Part shown: one piece after another, positions 8,618-17,651 of the stretch
Position numbering within the stretch: position 1 is the stretch's first letter
How the letters are laid out: each line of letters starts with the position of its first letter
Assembly (NCBI GenBank): GCA_046290225.1
Contig: JBKAGE010000036.1
Span: forward strand, 256,001-320,000
Direction of reading: 5' to 3'
DNA length: 64,000 nucleotides
Source: Bradymonadia bacterium
Lineage (GTDB): Bacteria; Myxococcota_A; Bradymonadia; UBA7976; UBA1532
Notes under the pieces: generated by a model
What the model saw: the letters and a program-made list of their open reading frames with translations, nothing else
Databases searched by the model: none
What the model was told of the DNA's origin: nothing
Position numbers and translations under genes: made by a program

Positions 8618-10591
8618 ATGAACGGCGCCCAACCCGCCCCTGCGCAGCCCGGTGAGCTGCGCGCGCTGACGCAAAAACACGTCGACCTCCTCGGCCTCGG
8701 GCTCACCCTGGCCCTCGCCGCCACAGCCCTTCTCCCTCGCATGCGACAGAGCCCGATGCTCATGGGCAGCATCATCGGCGCCGCAGCCGTCGTCGGCGCG
8801 CTGTGGCTCGCTGTGCGGACTCGACGCCCCGCAGGCCCGCAGCTGACCGTGCAGAAGCACATCCGTCAGCCGCACTGGGTGCAAACCCTCATGCACTCGT
8901 CGATTTTCATCTACTGGGGCATGTACGTCGATCTGGTGGGTCACGAGGCGTGGCTGTTCATCCCCCAGATTCTGTTCGCCTACGGCCTCGATATGTTCTT
9001 CGGCTGGAAGAACCACGGCAACTGGCGGCTGGGCTTCGGACCCCTGCCCATCATCGGCAGCACCAACCTGTTCCTGTGGTTCAAGGACGACTGGTTCTAC
9101 TTGCAGTTCCTCATGGTGGCCCTGGTGTTCCTGTCCCGGGAGTACATCAAGTGGAACCTCGCAGATCGCAAGACCCACATCTTCAACCCCTCGGCCTTCG
9201 GGCTCACGGTGTTGTCGGTGATCCTGATCGCCACTCAGAACTCGGACATCTCCTACGGCCTGGAGATCGCCACCACCCTGGGTCAGCCCCCTGGGGGCAG
9301 CATGTTCTGGTGGATCTTCGTCACCGGCCTCATCGTGCAGACCCTCTTCGGCACCCCCCTGGTGACCATGGGGGCGGCTCTGGCGGCCTTCGCCACCGAT
9401 GCAGTCCATCACAGCGTCACGGGTGACTGGTTCTTCGTCGACTCTTCCATCCCCATCGCCGTGTTCCTGGGCATGAACCTGCTGATCACCGATCCGGTGA
9501 CTTCGCCTCGGGGCAAGATGGGCAAGCTGCTCTTCGGCGCTGGCTACGGCCTGCTGGTCTTCCCACTCCTCGCCGGCCTCGAGGCCATCGACACGCCCAG
9601 CTACTTCGACAAACTGCTGGCGGTGCCAGTGCTCAACCTCATGGCGCCGCTCCTCGATCGCGTCGGCGCAGGCATCACCGCCCTCGTGCCCGCGGCCCTG
9701 CGGCTCGACCGGTTCTCCGATCGCTCCACCAACTACGCCTTCGTCGGCATCTGGGCCCTGTCATTTGTGATTCTGCACCCGAGGCTCACCGATCACCCTG
9801 GCGCCAAGCCGGGGTATTGGATGGAGTTGTGTACCGAGGCGAACAAGGACTTCGCCTGCAGGAACCTGCGGCTGCTCACCGAGCAAGCGTGCGACATCAA
9901 CGAAGTCGAGGGCTGCATCTTCGCGGCGCAGATGTACGACGAAGGCATCGGCGTCGAGCCCTCGATTGAGCAGAAAACCATCTACCTCGCCCGGGCCTGC
10001 CGCCTCGGTGATGCGGGCTCGTGCGCCGTGCTCGCCGTGGGCTACCGCGACGGGGTCGGGCTCACCGCCGACGTCGACAAAGCCAGCGTGCTCTTCGCCA
10101 AGGGCTGTGACGGTGGGGTCCAGCAAGCGTGTAACGAGCTGGGCATCATCCTTCAGTCCGGCACCCCCACCACGGCGCCGAACCTCACCGCGGCGCTGCC
10201 TCGCTTTACCCAGGCGTGCACCGGAGGCATCGCGGAGGCGTGCATGAACCTCGCCGTGGCTCACCTGACCGGTCGCGGCACCGCGGTGGACCCCAACAAG
10301 GGGCTGGACCTGTTCGTCAAAGCCTGCGATTTGAAGGCGGCGACCGGCTGCCTCAATGCCAGCGCCATGCTCGTCGCCGAGAACCAGGGGATCACCCCTG
10401 ATCCGGCGCGGGCGCTGGTGCTCAACAAGAAAGGCTGCGCCCTGGACAACGGCGTGGCCTGCACCCGGGTGGGCACCCAGTACGCCCGGGGCATGGGGGT
10501 GGCCACCGACAATGACGAAGCCATCCGGTGGTACACCCGCGGGTGCGAAGCCGGTGATCAAGGCGGCTGCGCGGTCATCGGACCAAACTAA
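8618..10591 (+). CDS. RnfD/NqrB-like multi-TM domain fused to Cys-rich Sel1-like repeats
   Basis: HIFNPSAFGL and ITDPVTSP motifs in the hydrophobic part; from about 9815, repeats of type A...F.KAC..G...AC..LG. Confidence 0.7.
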   Translation: MNGAQPAPAQPGELRALTQKHVDLLGLGLTLALAATALLPRMRQSPMLMGSIIGAAAVVGALWLAVRTRRPAGPQLTVQKHIRQPHWVQTLMHSSIFIYWGMYVDLVGHEAWLFIPQILFAYGLDMFFGWKNHGNWRLGFGPLPIIGSTNLFLWFKDDWFYLQFLMVALVFLSREYIKWNLADRKTHIFNPSAFGLTVLSVILIATQNSDISYGLEIATTLGQPPGGSMFWWIFVTGLIVQTLFGTPLVTMGAALAAFATDAVHHSVTGDWFFVDSSIPIAVFLGMNLLITDPVTSPRGKMGKLLFGAGYGLLVFPLLAGLEAIDTPSYFDKLLAVPVLNLMAPLLDRVGAGITALVPAALRLDRFSDRSTNYAFVGIWALSFVILHPRLTDHPGAKPGYWMELCTEANKDFACRNLRLLTEQACDINEVEGCIFAAQMYDEGIGVEPSIEQKTIYLARACRLGDAGSCAVLAVGYRDGVGLTADVDKASVLFAKGCDGGVQQACNELGIILQSGTPTTAPNLTAALPRFTQACTGGIAEACMNLAVAHLTGRGTAVDPNKGLDLFVKACDLKAATGCLNASAMLVAENQGITPDPARALVLNKKGCALDNGVACTRVGTQYARGMGVATDNDEAIRWYTRGCEAGDQGGCAVIGPN

Positions 10592-10610
10592 AGATCACCG
10601 TTCGAGTTCC

Positions 10611-11612
10611 ATGCGCCACCTGCTCTACATCATCCCTACCCTGCTCGCCCTCTGGTTCGTCGATCAGCGCATCAGTCAGGACGACTACGCGGGGTGGAAC
10701 CGCAACTCCGTACGCAACAGCATCCGTCGCTGGGCCAACGCCCGAGATGCCGTGCGCCGCAAGACGCGGGACATGGAGATCGCCCTCCTGGGCTCGAGCA
10801 CCTCGGTGGACTGGCTGCGCCCTGGATACATCGCGAAGCTCAAGGGCGTTGACCATCGAAAGGTCCTCGACGCCCACATCAATGGCTGCCATCAAACCTG
10901 CACTTGGTCTTCGGTGAGACTGCTGCTCGAGCGTGGCTGGCACTTCAAGACCGCCTTCTTCGGCACCAACCAGTTCCAGCTGTGCGAGTACCCCCACTCC
11001 AAGCGCATCTTGCAGCACGCTGCGCAGATGCCTTCCAGCGGCGTGCCCGCCCTCTTCGAAGTCTACGCCTCGGCGGAGCAGCCTTTGCTCTACATGGGGC
11101 GCTACCTGGGCAATCGTGTGTCTGGTGCGTACGGCGACACCGAGGTGCCTCGCAAGGGCCTCGCTCGGGCATGGTTCGGCAACCCGCGCCGCGGTCGCGA
11201 TCACCTCTGGTACCGGACGGATCGTCCGAAGAAGGGCCCTGACGAGGTCTTCTGCGATTACGCCCCTGAGCACGTGGCCTACAAGCTCGCCGCATCCGAG
11301 GCCCTGCTCGACGATCTCGGGCGCCTCGCCGATCACGTCTATCTGCTGTTGCTGCCTGATCCCACAGTGTCGAGCGACGATCCCGAGAAGCTCGAGGGAT
11401 GGGCGAAACATCGAGCGGCACATCAGGCCCTCGCCGAGGCGCGACCCAACGTCACCCTCGTCGACCTCACCGTCGACGGCGCCCAACAACGGAGTCAATT
11501 CCGGGACAGCATTCACCTCAACAAGGCGGGCATGAAGGTTCAGCAACAACGCTTCGAAGCGCTGATGCAGGCCAACGGCTATCTGAGCCCGTCAGAGGGG
11601 AACCGCCGGTGA
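10611..11612 (+). CDS. SGNH-hydrolase-like membrane-anchored protein (AlgJ/DltD-type MBOAT partner)
   Basis: N-terminal TM; LLGSST nucleophile block; FRDSIHLN DxxH motif; overlaps the MBOAT start. Confidence 0.7.
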   Translation: MRHLLYIIPTLLALWFVDQRISQDDYAGWNRNSVRNSIRRWANARDAVRRKTRDMEIALLGSSTSVDWLRPGYIAKLKGVDHRKVLDAHINGCHQTCTWSSVRLLLERGWHFKTAFFGTNQFQLCEYPHSKRILQHAAQMPSSGVPALFEVYASAEQPLLYMGRYLGNRVSGAYGDTEVPRKGLARAWFGNPRRGRDHLWYRTDRPKKGPDEVFCDYAPEHVAYKLAASEALLDDLGRLADHVYLLLLPDPTVSSDDPEKLEGWAKHRAAHQALAEARPNVTLVDLTVDGAQQRSQFRDSIHLNKAGMKVQQQRFEALMQANGYLSPSEGNRR

Positions 11613-13078
11613 TCTTCACCACCCCCGAGTTCGTCCTGTTCTTCCTGCTGTTCTTCTGGATCTACGCAGCCCTGCCCAAGGGTGCGGACCACGGACGTGG
11701 TCGCAAGCTCTGGCTGCTCGGCGGCAGCTACTTCTTCTATGGCAGTTGGGACCCGTGGTGTCTGCTGTTGATCCTCGCCTCTACGGTGCTGGACTTCTCT
11801 GTAGGTCGACGCCTCGGCGAGACCACCGACGCAGTACAGCGCAAACGTCTGGTGACCGTGAGCCTCGTGGGCAACCTGGGGATCCTGGCGTTCTTCAAGT
11901 ACTTCAACTTCTTCGCTGATTCGCTCCATCAGCTGCTCGGCGCCGTGGGGCTCGACGTGAGCCTGCCAGTGTTGGAGGTGGTGCTCCCAGTGGGCATCAG
12001 CTTCTACACGTTTCAGACCCTCAGCTACACGATCGACATCTATCGCGGCCGCCTCACTCCTACGGAGCGCCCCCTCGACTTTGCGCTCTTCGTGGCGTTC
12101 TTCCCCCAGCTGGTGGCGGGACCCATCGAGCGGGCCAGCCACCTGCTCCCGCAGATCGAGCGGCTGCACACGCTCAAGGTTGATCCTTCCGGCTGGGGCT
12201 TCATTGCCATTGGGGTGTTCAAGAAAGCCATCATCGCTGATCACATCGGGGCCATCGTCGAGCTGACGTATGCAGATCCGGCGAATACTCACCCCATGGC
12301 CCTCTGGCTGGGGACCTACGCCTTCGCGATTCAAATCTACTGTGACTTCTCCGGATACTCCGACATCGCCGTGGGCCTGAGCCGACTGCTGGGGTTGGAT
12401 CTCGTGCAGAACTTCGCCGCCCCCTATGCAGCGGCAGGGCCCAGCGAGTTCTGGCGCAGATGGCACATCTCCCTGTCCTCATGGCTGAGGGACTACCTGT
12501 ACATTCCGCTCGGTGGGAACCGCGGCCCGCAGTGGTTCGTGTACCGCAACCTGATGCTCACCATGTTGCTCGGCGGGCTCTGGCACGGCGCAGCCTGGAA
12601 CTTCGTTTTGTGGGGGGCCTGGCACGGCCTGCTGCTGGCGGTGTTCCGGCCCGCCTTCTGGGACCGACTGCGGGCGGCGCTCTCACCGAACCCGGTGATG
12701 GCCTTTGTCGTCACCCTGCTGCGCCGGCTGGTGTTCTTTCATCTGGTGTGTCTGGGCTGGGCGTTGTTCCGGGCGCAGTCACTGGCAGAGTGCGTCACCA
12801 TCTGGGGCAAGCTGCTCGACCCCACCCAATGGGCCTGGAGTCAATGGATGGGCTTTGTGGCCCAATCGGGAGAGGGGCGCTGGCTGGCCTTCTCTGCTGG
12901 GGCCATGCTGCTGTTGGTGCTGGCTCAAAACGTGCGCCGCGAAGGCACCGACGTCTGGGTGGCCCGCCTCTGGCGAGGACCCGCTGCGGTGCGCTTCGTC
13001 TTCATCATCACCCTGCTCTACACCACGGCACTGCTGGCTCCAGAGGCCCCACCCCCCTTCATCTACTTCCAGTTTTAG
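11609..13078 (+). CDS. MBOAT O-acyltransferase (AlgI/PatA/DltB family)
   Basis: LPVGISFYTFQ, FFPQLVAGPIER, QIYCDFSGYSD, FWRRWHISLSSWLRDYLYIPLGG, GLWHGA, terminal FIYFQF; GTG start overlaps upstream TGA. Confidence 0.96.
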   Translation: MIFTTPEFVLFFLLFFWIYAALPKGADHGRGRKLWLLGGSYFFYGSWDPWCLLLILASTVLDFSVGRRLGETTDAVQRKRLVTVSLVGNLGILAFFKYFNFFADSLHQLLGAVGLDVSLPVLEVVLPVGISFYTFQTLSYTIDIYRGRLTPTERPLDFALFVAFFPQLVAGPIERASHLLPQIERLHTLKVDPSGWGFIAIGVFKKAIIADHIGAIVELTYADPANTHPMALWLGTYAFAIQIYCDFSGYSDIAVGLSRLLGLDLVQNFAAPYAAAGPSEFWRRWHISLSSWLRDYLYIPLGGNRGPQWFVYRNLMLTMLLGGLWHGAAWNFVLWGAWHGLLLAVFRPAFWDRLRAALSPNPVMAFVVTLLRRLVFFHLVCLGWALFRAQSLAECVTIWGKLLDPTQWAWSQWMGFVAQSGEGRWLAFSAGAMLLLVLAQNVRREGTDVWVARLWRGPAAVRFVFIITLLYTTALLAPEAPPPFIYFQF

Positions 13079-13102
13079 GCCCCCTCTGATGTCCTGGGCA
13101 CG

Positions 13103-13606
13103 TCACGCAGCGCCCTTGGCGGGCTGTTGGTGCTCCGCGAGGGCGCTCAGGCCAGCGTAGAGGCGGTGGCGCAGCTCCTCGAGGGCGTCGCACCACTGTG
13201 GCCAGTCCGGGCCTTCCGCCTTGTCGGCGGCGAGCTCGCTCGCCAGGGGATCGTTCACCACCGCCAGGGCGTTGAGCAGCATGGGCATGCGCTCTGCTGC
13301 GGCGTCGGCGTAGAGCAAGGTGGACGCCGCCGCGGCGTAGGCGGGCAGATCGCCCCCCGGGCGGCCAAGGGCGGCGGCGATCAGCTCCCCGATGACCACC
13401 ACTGCAGCACCATCGTCGGCGGCGAGATCGCCCTCGGTGAAGTCACCGGCCTCGACGGCCTGCTTCAGGGTGTCGTCGATGCACTCCCAGAGGCTGTATT
13501 CGAGCTCGCCGAAGAAATCGAGGGCCCCATCGGCGAAGGCCCGGTTGCCGAAAGACCCGCTCTGCTCGCCGGTCTGGTTGAAGAATCCCTGTCCCCATGC
13601 ACCCAT
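13103..13606 (-). CDS. DUF4259-like protein
   Basis: MGAWG.G.F start, A.DF motif, SEL...W...L..L..RL C-terminus. Confidence 0.6.
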   Translation of the reverse strand: MGAWGQGFFNQTGEQSGSFGNRAFADGALDFFGELEYSLWECIDDTLKQAVEAGDFTEGDLAADDGAAVVVIGELIAAALGRPGGDLPAYAAAASTLLYADAAAERMPMLLNALAVVNDPLASELAADKAEGPDWPQWCDALEELRHRLYAGLSALAEHQQPAKGAA

Positions 13607-13751
13607 TGCACTGCTCCATTGTTGATTGCGCTCTGCGCTGCGGTTGGTGCCTCTGTTCTACACCTGAACACCCGTACAGACAAACTTATTGAACCCGATG
13701 TCGGATTGACTCAAGTGGGGGCCCCTGCCGATACTCCGCCCCCGGGGATGC

Positions 13752-14786
13752 ATGCCCCCGACAACCACTCTTTCGAAGGTCTCCAACTCGGTGCAGGCCC
13801 TGATTTTCATCGTCCTCTGTGTGCTGCTCAGCGGCTGCAGCTCGCCCCCGGAGGCGAGAGGCCCATGGGCTCTGGCGCCCACGGGAAGCCCCCCTCGATG
13901 GCTCTCCGATGTGGGTGTCTACAACGATCTGACCACCTTGACGCCCAGCGCTGATTTTCGGCTGTACACACCCGCGTTCCCGCTCTGGACCAACGGCTCG
14001 GGCAAGCAGCGGCTGGTCAAGCTTCCGAAGGGGGCCACCATCGACAACGCCGACGCGGTGGCCTGGCGGTTCCCCGTGGGCACGGTCATCGCGAAGACCT
14101 TCACCTACGACGATGTAGAGGGCCGCTCGGGGACCGTGGCGGTGGAGACCCGGCTCATGGCCCGGCAGACATCGGGCTGGATCTACGCCGAATACTTGTG
14201 GAACGCCGAAGGCACGGACGCCCGGAAAATGCCCGAAGGCTGGTCAGCCCGGGCCGTGGATCTGGCCACCACCGAGGGAGAGACCCGGCGGCACACCCTC
14301 CCGGGCCATCTCGAGTGCCTCTCCTGCCACGAGACCCATCGCGGCGCGCCGGTTCTGGGCATCGATCCGCTCAACACATCACCTCAGATGGTCGAAGCGC
14401 TCCCCTTCTCTGCGCCCATCAAGGGTCAACAGCTCGCCGATCTCCCTGGCCGTACACCTGAAGAGTCTGCGGTGATGGCCTACCTCATCGGCAACTGCAC
14501 GCATTGCCACCACGGCGATCTCGAGGCGGGCGGCGAGAACACCTCGTTCAGCTTGCTGCCCGATCAACTCGTGGCCCGCACCGTGGGTCAACGCACGGAG
14601 AGTTCAGCCTCCGGGGCTGGGGTGCGGATCGTGCCGCGGCAACCCCAACGCAGCGCGATCTTTCAGGCGGTGGTCCACGCCCCACACCAGACTCGACCCC
14701 GCTTTCGGCCCATGCCACCGCTCGGCGTCGACGTGCCTGATCCCGAAGCGAAGCGCCTCCTCGAGACCTGGATCATGCAGCTGTGA
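13752..14786 (+). CDS. Diheme c-type cytochrome lipoprotein (SO2930-like)
   Basis: Lipobox LSGC; Y.P..PLW..G..K.R, FPVGTVIAKTF, VETRLM; CLSCH and CTHCH; MPPLG axial Met. Confidence 0.85.
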   Translation: MPPTTTLSKVSNSVQALIFIVLCVLLSGCSSPPEARGPWALAPTGSPPRWLSDVGVYNDLTTLTPSADFRLYTPAFPLWTNGSGKQRLVKLPKGATIDNADAVAWRFPVGTVIAKTFTYDDVEGRSGTVAVETRLMARQTSGWIYAEYLWNAEGTDARKMPEGWSARAVDLATTEGETRRHTLPGHLECLSCHETHRGAPVLGIDPLNTSPQMVEALPFSAPIKGQQLADLPGRTPEESAVMAYLIGNCTHCHHGDLEAGGENTSFSLLPDQLVARTVGQRTESSASGAGVRIVPRQPQRSAIFQAVVHAPHQTRPRFRPMPPLGVDVPDPEAKRLLETWIMQL

Positions 14787-16084
14787 ACTTCAGCCAACTC
14801 TGCCTGCTTGCATCAGTGAGCGCACTGTGGGGCTGTGATCCCGCATCGCCACCTGAGCGCCCCTTCACACCCATCGGGCGCCCGGCGGATGCCGCCGTGG
14901 CCCAGCCGGTCATCACCGAGATCGCCGCCTCGAGCCGGCTCCAGCTGAAGTTCGTCCCTGTCCGCCACGATGCCGGGGTCACACGTCTCACCGACATCGC
15001 CTTTCTCCCCGAGAACGGTGAGCTGCTGGTCACGGACAAGTCTGGTCAGGTGGTCCATCTGCGGCTCGAGAAGGGCCGGATGAAGACGCTCGGGCAATTC
15101 GTGGTGCCGGGGGTATACAACGTGCTCGACGCTGGCCTGGTGAGCCTGGCCATCGACCCTGACTTCACCTTCAACCGCTTCTTCTACCTGGGGCTGAGCT
15201 TCGACGTGGAGTCGAGCGTCATCCGACGCTACACCCTCCACGCTGGAGATCCCGAGGCCACCCTAGCCAGCGCCGTCGACATCATGGAGCTTCGCGGTGA
15301 AGGGGCGCTGTATCCCTGGCACAACGTCGGCTCTCTGGGCTTCACCGAAGACGGGGCCATGTGGGCACTCTCAGGCGACAAAGTGCTCGGCGCACCTGCA
15401 CAAGACATCACCAGCCCTCTGGGGGCGCTCTTGAGATTCTTCCCTGGCCATGGCCCCGAGGGTGGCTGGTCTCCTCACCCGGAGAACCCCTACGCCCACG
15501 GTGACGGGCACCCGGCGGTCTACGCCGTGGGCATGCGCTCTCCGTGGAAGGGGGCCTATCACGAAGGCATCTGGTTCTTCGGCGACGTGGGCCAGTCTCG
15601 GTATGAAGAGCTCAACCGCGTCACCTACCCTGGGCAAAACTTCGGCTGGCCCGATGCTGAAGGACCGTGCAGGCGGAACTGCGCGGGCTTCACGGATCCC
15701 CTCTCCTGGTACACCCGGGGCGCCAAGGAGGCCTTTGTGAAGGCCGATCGACGGGCGAGCTCTACACGACAACGCTCTGTCTATGTGGGCCTGGTCTACC
15801 CAGAGGCCGACGCCGAGGGCCCGCCTGATCGCTACGACGGCCTCTGGCACGATGTCATCGTATATGGCGACGCGTTCACAGGTTTCGTCCGTGGCCGGGC
15901 AGCCCACGGCCCCCCTGGTCGCGGGGCAGATCGAGACTGGGCCGTGGGTCATGTGCCCATGGCCACAGGCTGGGCCGTGGGCCCCGACGGCTACGTCTAC
16001 GTCAGCGCCCTGGGCTCCTGGCCAGAGCCCGCCCGCCTCAAACGAGCCCGCATTTATCGCGCCGAGCTCAAGAGTGCGAAGTAG
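14783..16084 (+). CDS. Glucose/sorbosone (PQQ-dependent sugar dehydrogenase-family) beta-propeller lipoprotein
   Basis: Lipobox LWGC; GLVSLAIDPDF, YAVGMRSPW, GDVGQSRYEELN, NFGWP..EG. Confidence 0.85.
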   Translation: MNFSQLCLLASVSALWGCDPASPPERPFTPIGRPADAAVAQPVITEIAASSRLQLKFVPVRHDAGVTRLTDIAFLPENGELLVTDKSGQVVHLRLEKGRMKTLGQFVVPGVYNVLDAGLVSLAIDPDFTFNRFFYLGLSFDVESSVIRRYTLHAGDPEATLASAVDIMELRGEGALYPWHNVGSLGFTEDGAMWALSGDKVLGAPAQDITSPLGALLRFFPGHGPEGGWSPHPENPYAHGDGHPAVYAVGMRSPWKGAYHEGIWFFGDVGQSRYEELNRVTYPGQNFGWPDAEGPCRRNCAGFTDPLSWYTRGAKEAFVKADRRASSTRQRSVYVGLVYPEADAEGPPDRYDGLWHDVIVYGDAFTGFVRGRAAHGPPGRGADRDWAVGHVPMATGWAVGPDGYVYVSALGSWPEPARLKRARIYRAELKSAK

Positions 16085-16087
16085 ACA

Positions 16088-17500
16088 TCAGCGCCGCAAG
16101 TTGTGCAGCAGGAACGGCAGCGTGCGGGTGAGGTTCACCGCCACCACTAGGCAAAGCAGGGCAAACGCCCTCGGCGGAGGGTACCGCCTCACCAGCAGCG
16201 CCACGGCCCCTACCGATAAATAAAACCCGACGGGCCCGTACAGATCCCAGTCTCTCTTGGGGCCCAGATCAGGGTTCCACACGATGGTGAGGGCGAGATG
16301 GCCCATGCCGGTGAGCACGAGGAACGGCAGGGCCCCATCAACGAGGGAGGTCAGTCCTTCTTCTGACACACCCTGCCGGCGACGTCGCCACCACATCGCC
16401 ACCATCGAGCCCCCCACGGCGAGGACCACCACCAGGGCCATGGGAGCCACCAGGCCGTGGATGTTCGCGATGGCCTTGAGGTGTTTCTCGCTGAAGAAGG
16501 TGTACTGCGACATGCCCGTCTTCTCGGACCACGGCACGAACATCAAGCCATCGCCCCCACCAAACCCCTCTTCTTCGGATCGGTGATAGCCCATGGACTC
16601 CATGGTCATCCACAGCGCCACCGCTGGGAGGATGGTCACGGCCAGCAGGGCAAGCGTACGCCAGTGCAACACACGCCGCAGATCGCGCCGATAGTGACCG
16701 ACGTAGACCAACCACGCCATGGCGGGCCCCAGAGAGAGCATGGACAAGTGGGTGGCGCACGCGAGGGTGAACAGCGCCGCTGACGGCAGGACAGATCCAC
16801 CCAGATGCAGAGCCCGCAGACCCAGATACACCGCCCACAGAGCGAAGACCGTGGGTACGGTGTAGTTCTCGATGTACCCCGCGAACAGCTGAATGGAGCC
16901 CACGGAGATCAGAGCAGCGAAGACTGCACCCACGAGGAGCGGCCGCCCGGGCACGAGATGTCGGGCGATGCCCAGCAGCGCCCACACACCAAAGGCACCG
17001 GCGATGGAGGTGGTGATTTGCACCGATGACATGGCGCTCACCTTCACCGGGCCGCCCAACCAGGTGTACATGCCAAGGAAGATGGCCGGAGACAGGGGCT
17101 CACGTTTGTGAAACAGCACCCCCTTCTTCACGAAGCCCACTACAGCGCCAGCGTCGCCATAGAACCGCGAGGGGCGGATGTCGAACAGGTACAAATATGA
17201 TCCGTACACCACCCCTGCAGCGATGACGCCCCAGAGCACGAGACGCACTGGTCGTGGCCACCTCTGCCAGGGCCTGGGCAGCTGGCTCAACGCCCCCTCG
17301 ACGCGCACATAGAGGCGCATCAACAGCGGCGCCAGCAGCACCATGGCCACCACACCATAGAGCAACATGTAGGGATCGAGGGCCTTCTGAGGCCAGCGCC
17401 AGAGCCAGCGCAACGAGAACGTCGAGGCGGTGGCCACCATGAGGCCCATCACCCAGATGATGCGCTCGGGTGTGGACAGCGTGAAGGACGGAAGACCCAT
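16088..17500 (-). CDS. Multi-pass membrane protein, possible GT-C fold glycosyltransferase
   Basis: About 11-13 hydrophobic segments; YGDA loop, GYIENY, WNPDLGPKRDWDL. Confidence 0.5.
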   Translation of the reverse strand: MGLPSFTLSTPERIIWVMGLMVATASTFSLRWLWRWPQKALDPYMLLYGVVAMVLLAPLLMRLYVRVEGALSQLPRPWQRWPRPVRLVLWGVIAAGVVYGSYLYLFDIRPSRFYGDAGAVVGFVKKGVLFHKREPLSPAIFLGMYTWLGGPVKVSAMSSVQITTSIAGAFGVWALLGIARHLVPGRPLLVGAVFAALISVGSIQLFAGYIENYTVPTVFALWAVYLGLRALHLGGSVLPSAALFTLACATHLSMLSLGPAMAWLVYVGHYRRDLRRVLHWRTLALLAVTILPAVALWMTMESMGYHRSEEEGFGGGDGLMFVPWSEKTGMSQYTFFSEKHLKAIANIHGLVAPMALVVVLAVGGSMVAMWWRRRRQGVSEEGLTSLVDGALPFLVLTGMGHLALTIVWNPDLGPKRDWDLYGPVGFYLSVGAVALLVRRYPPPRAFALLCLVVAVNLTRTLPFLLHNLRR

Positions 17501-17651
17501 GGAGAGGGGTAATGCCCCGAAAGCCGGCTCGGAACAAGTCTATGGAGGGTGAGAGGTACGCTGCGAGGCTACACGACGGGCATCATGTCGGGGTGATGCC
17601 GGGAAAGGCTCGGCTGAGCGGATACTGTCAGAGGGGCTCAGTCAGAATGTC

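Noticed and set aside
13103..13606. Toxin-immunity pair around the DUF4259-like gene
   Set aside because: No adjacent toxin-like gene is identifiable
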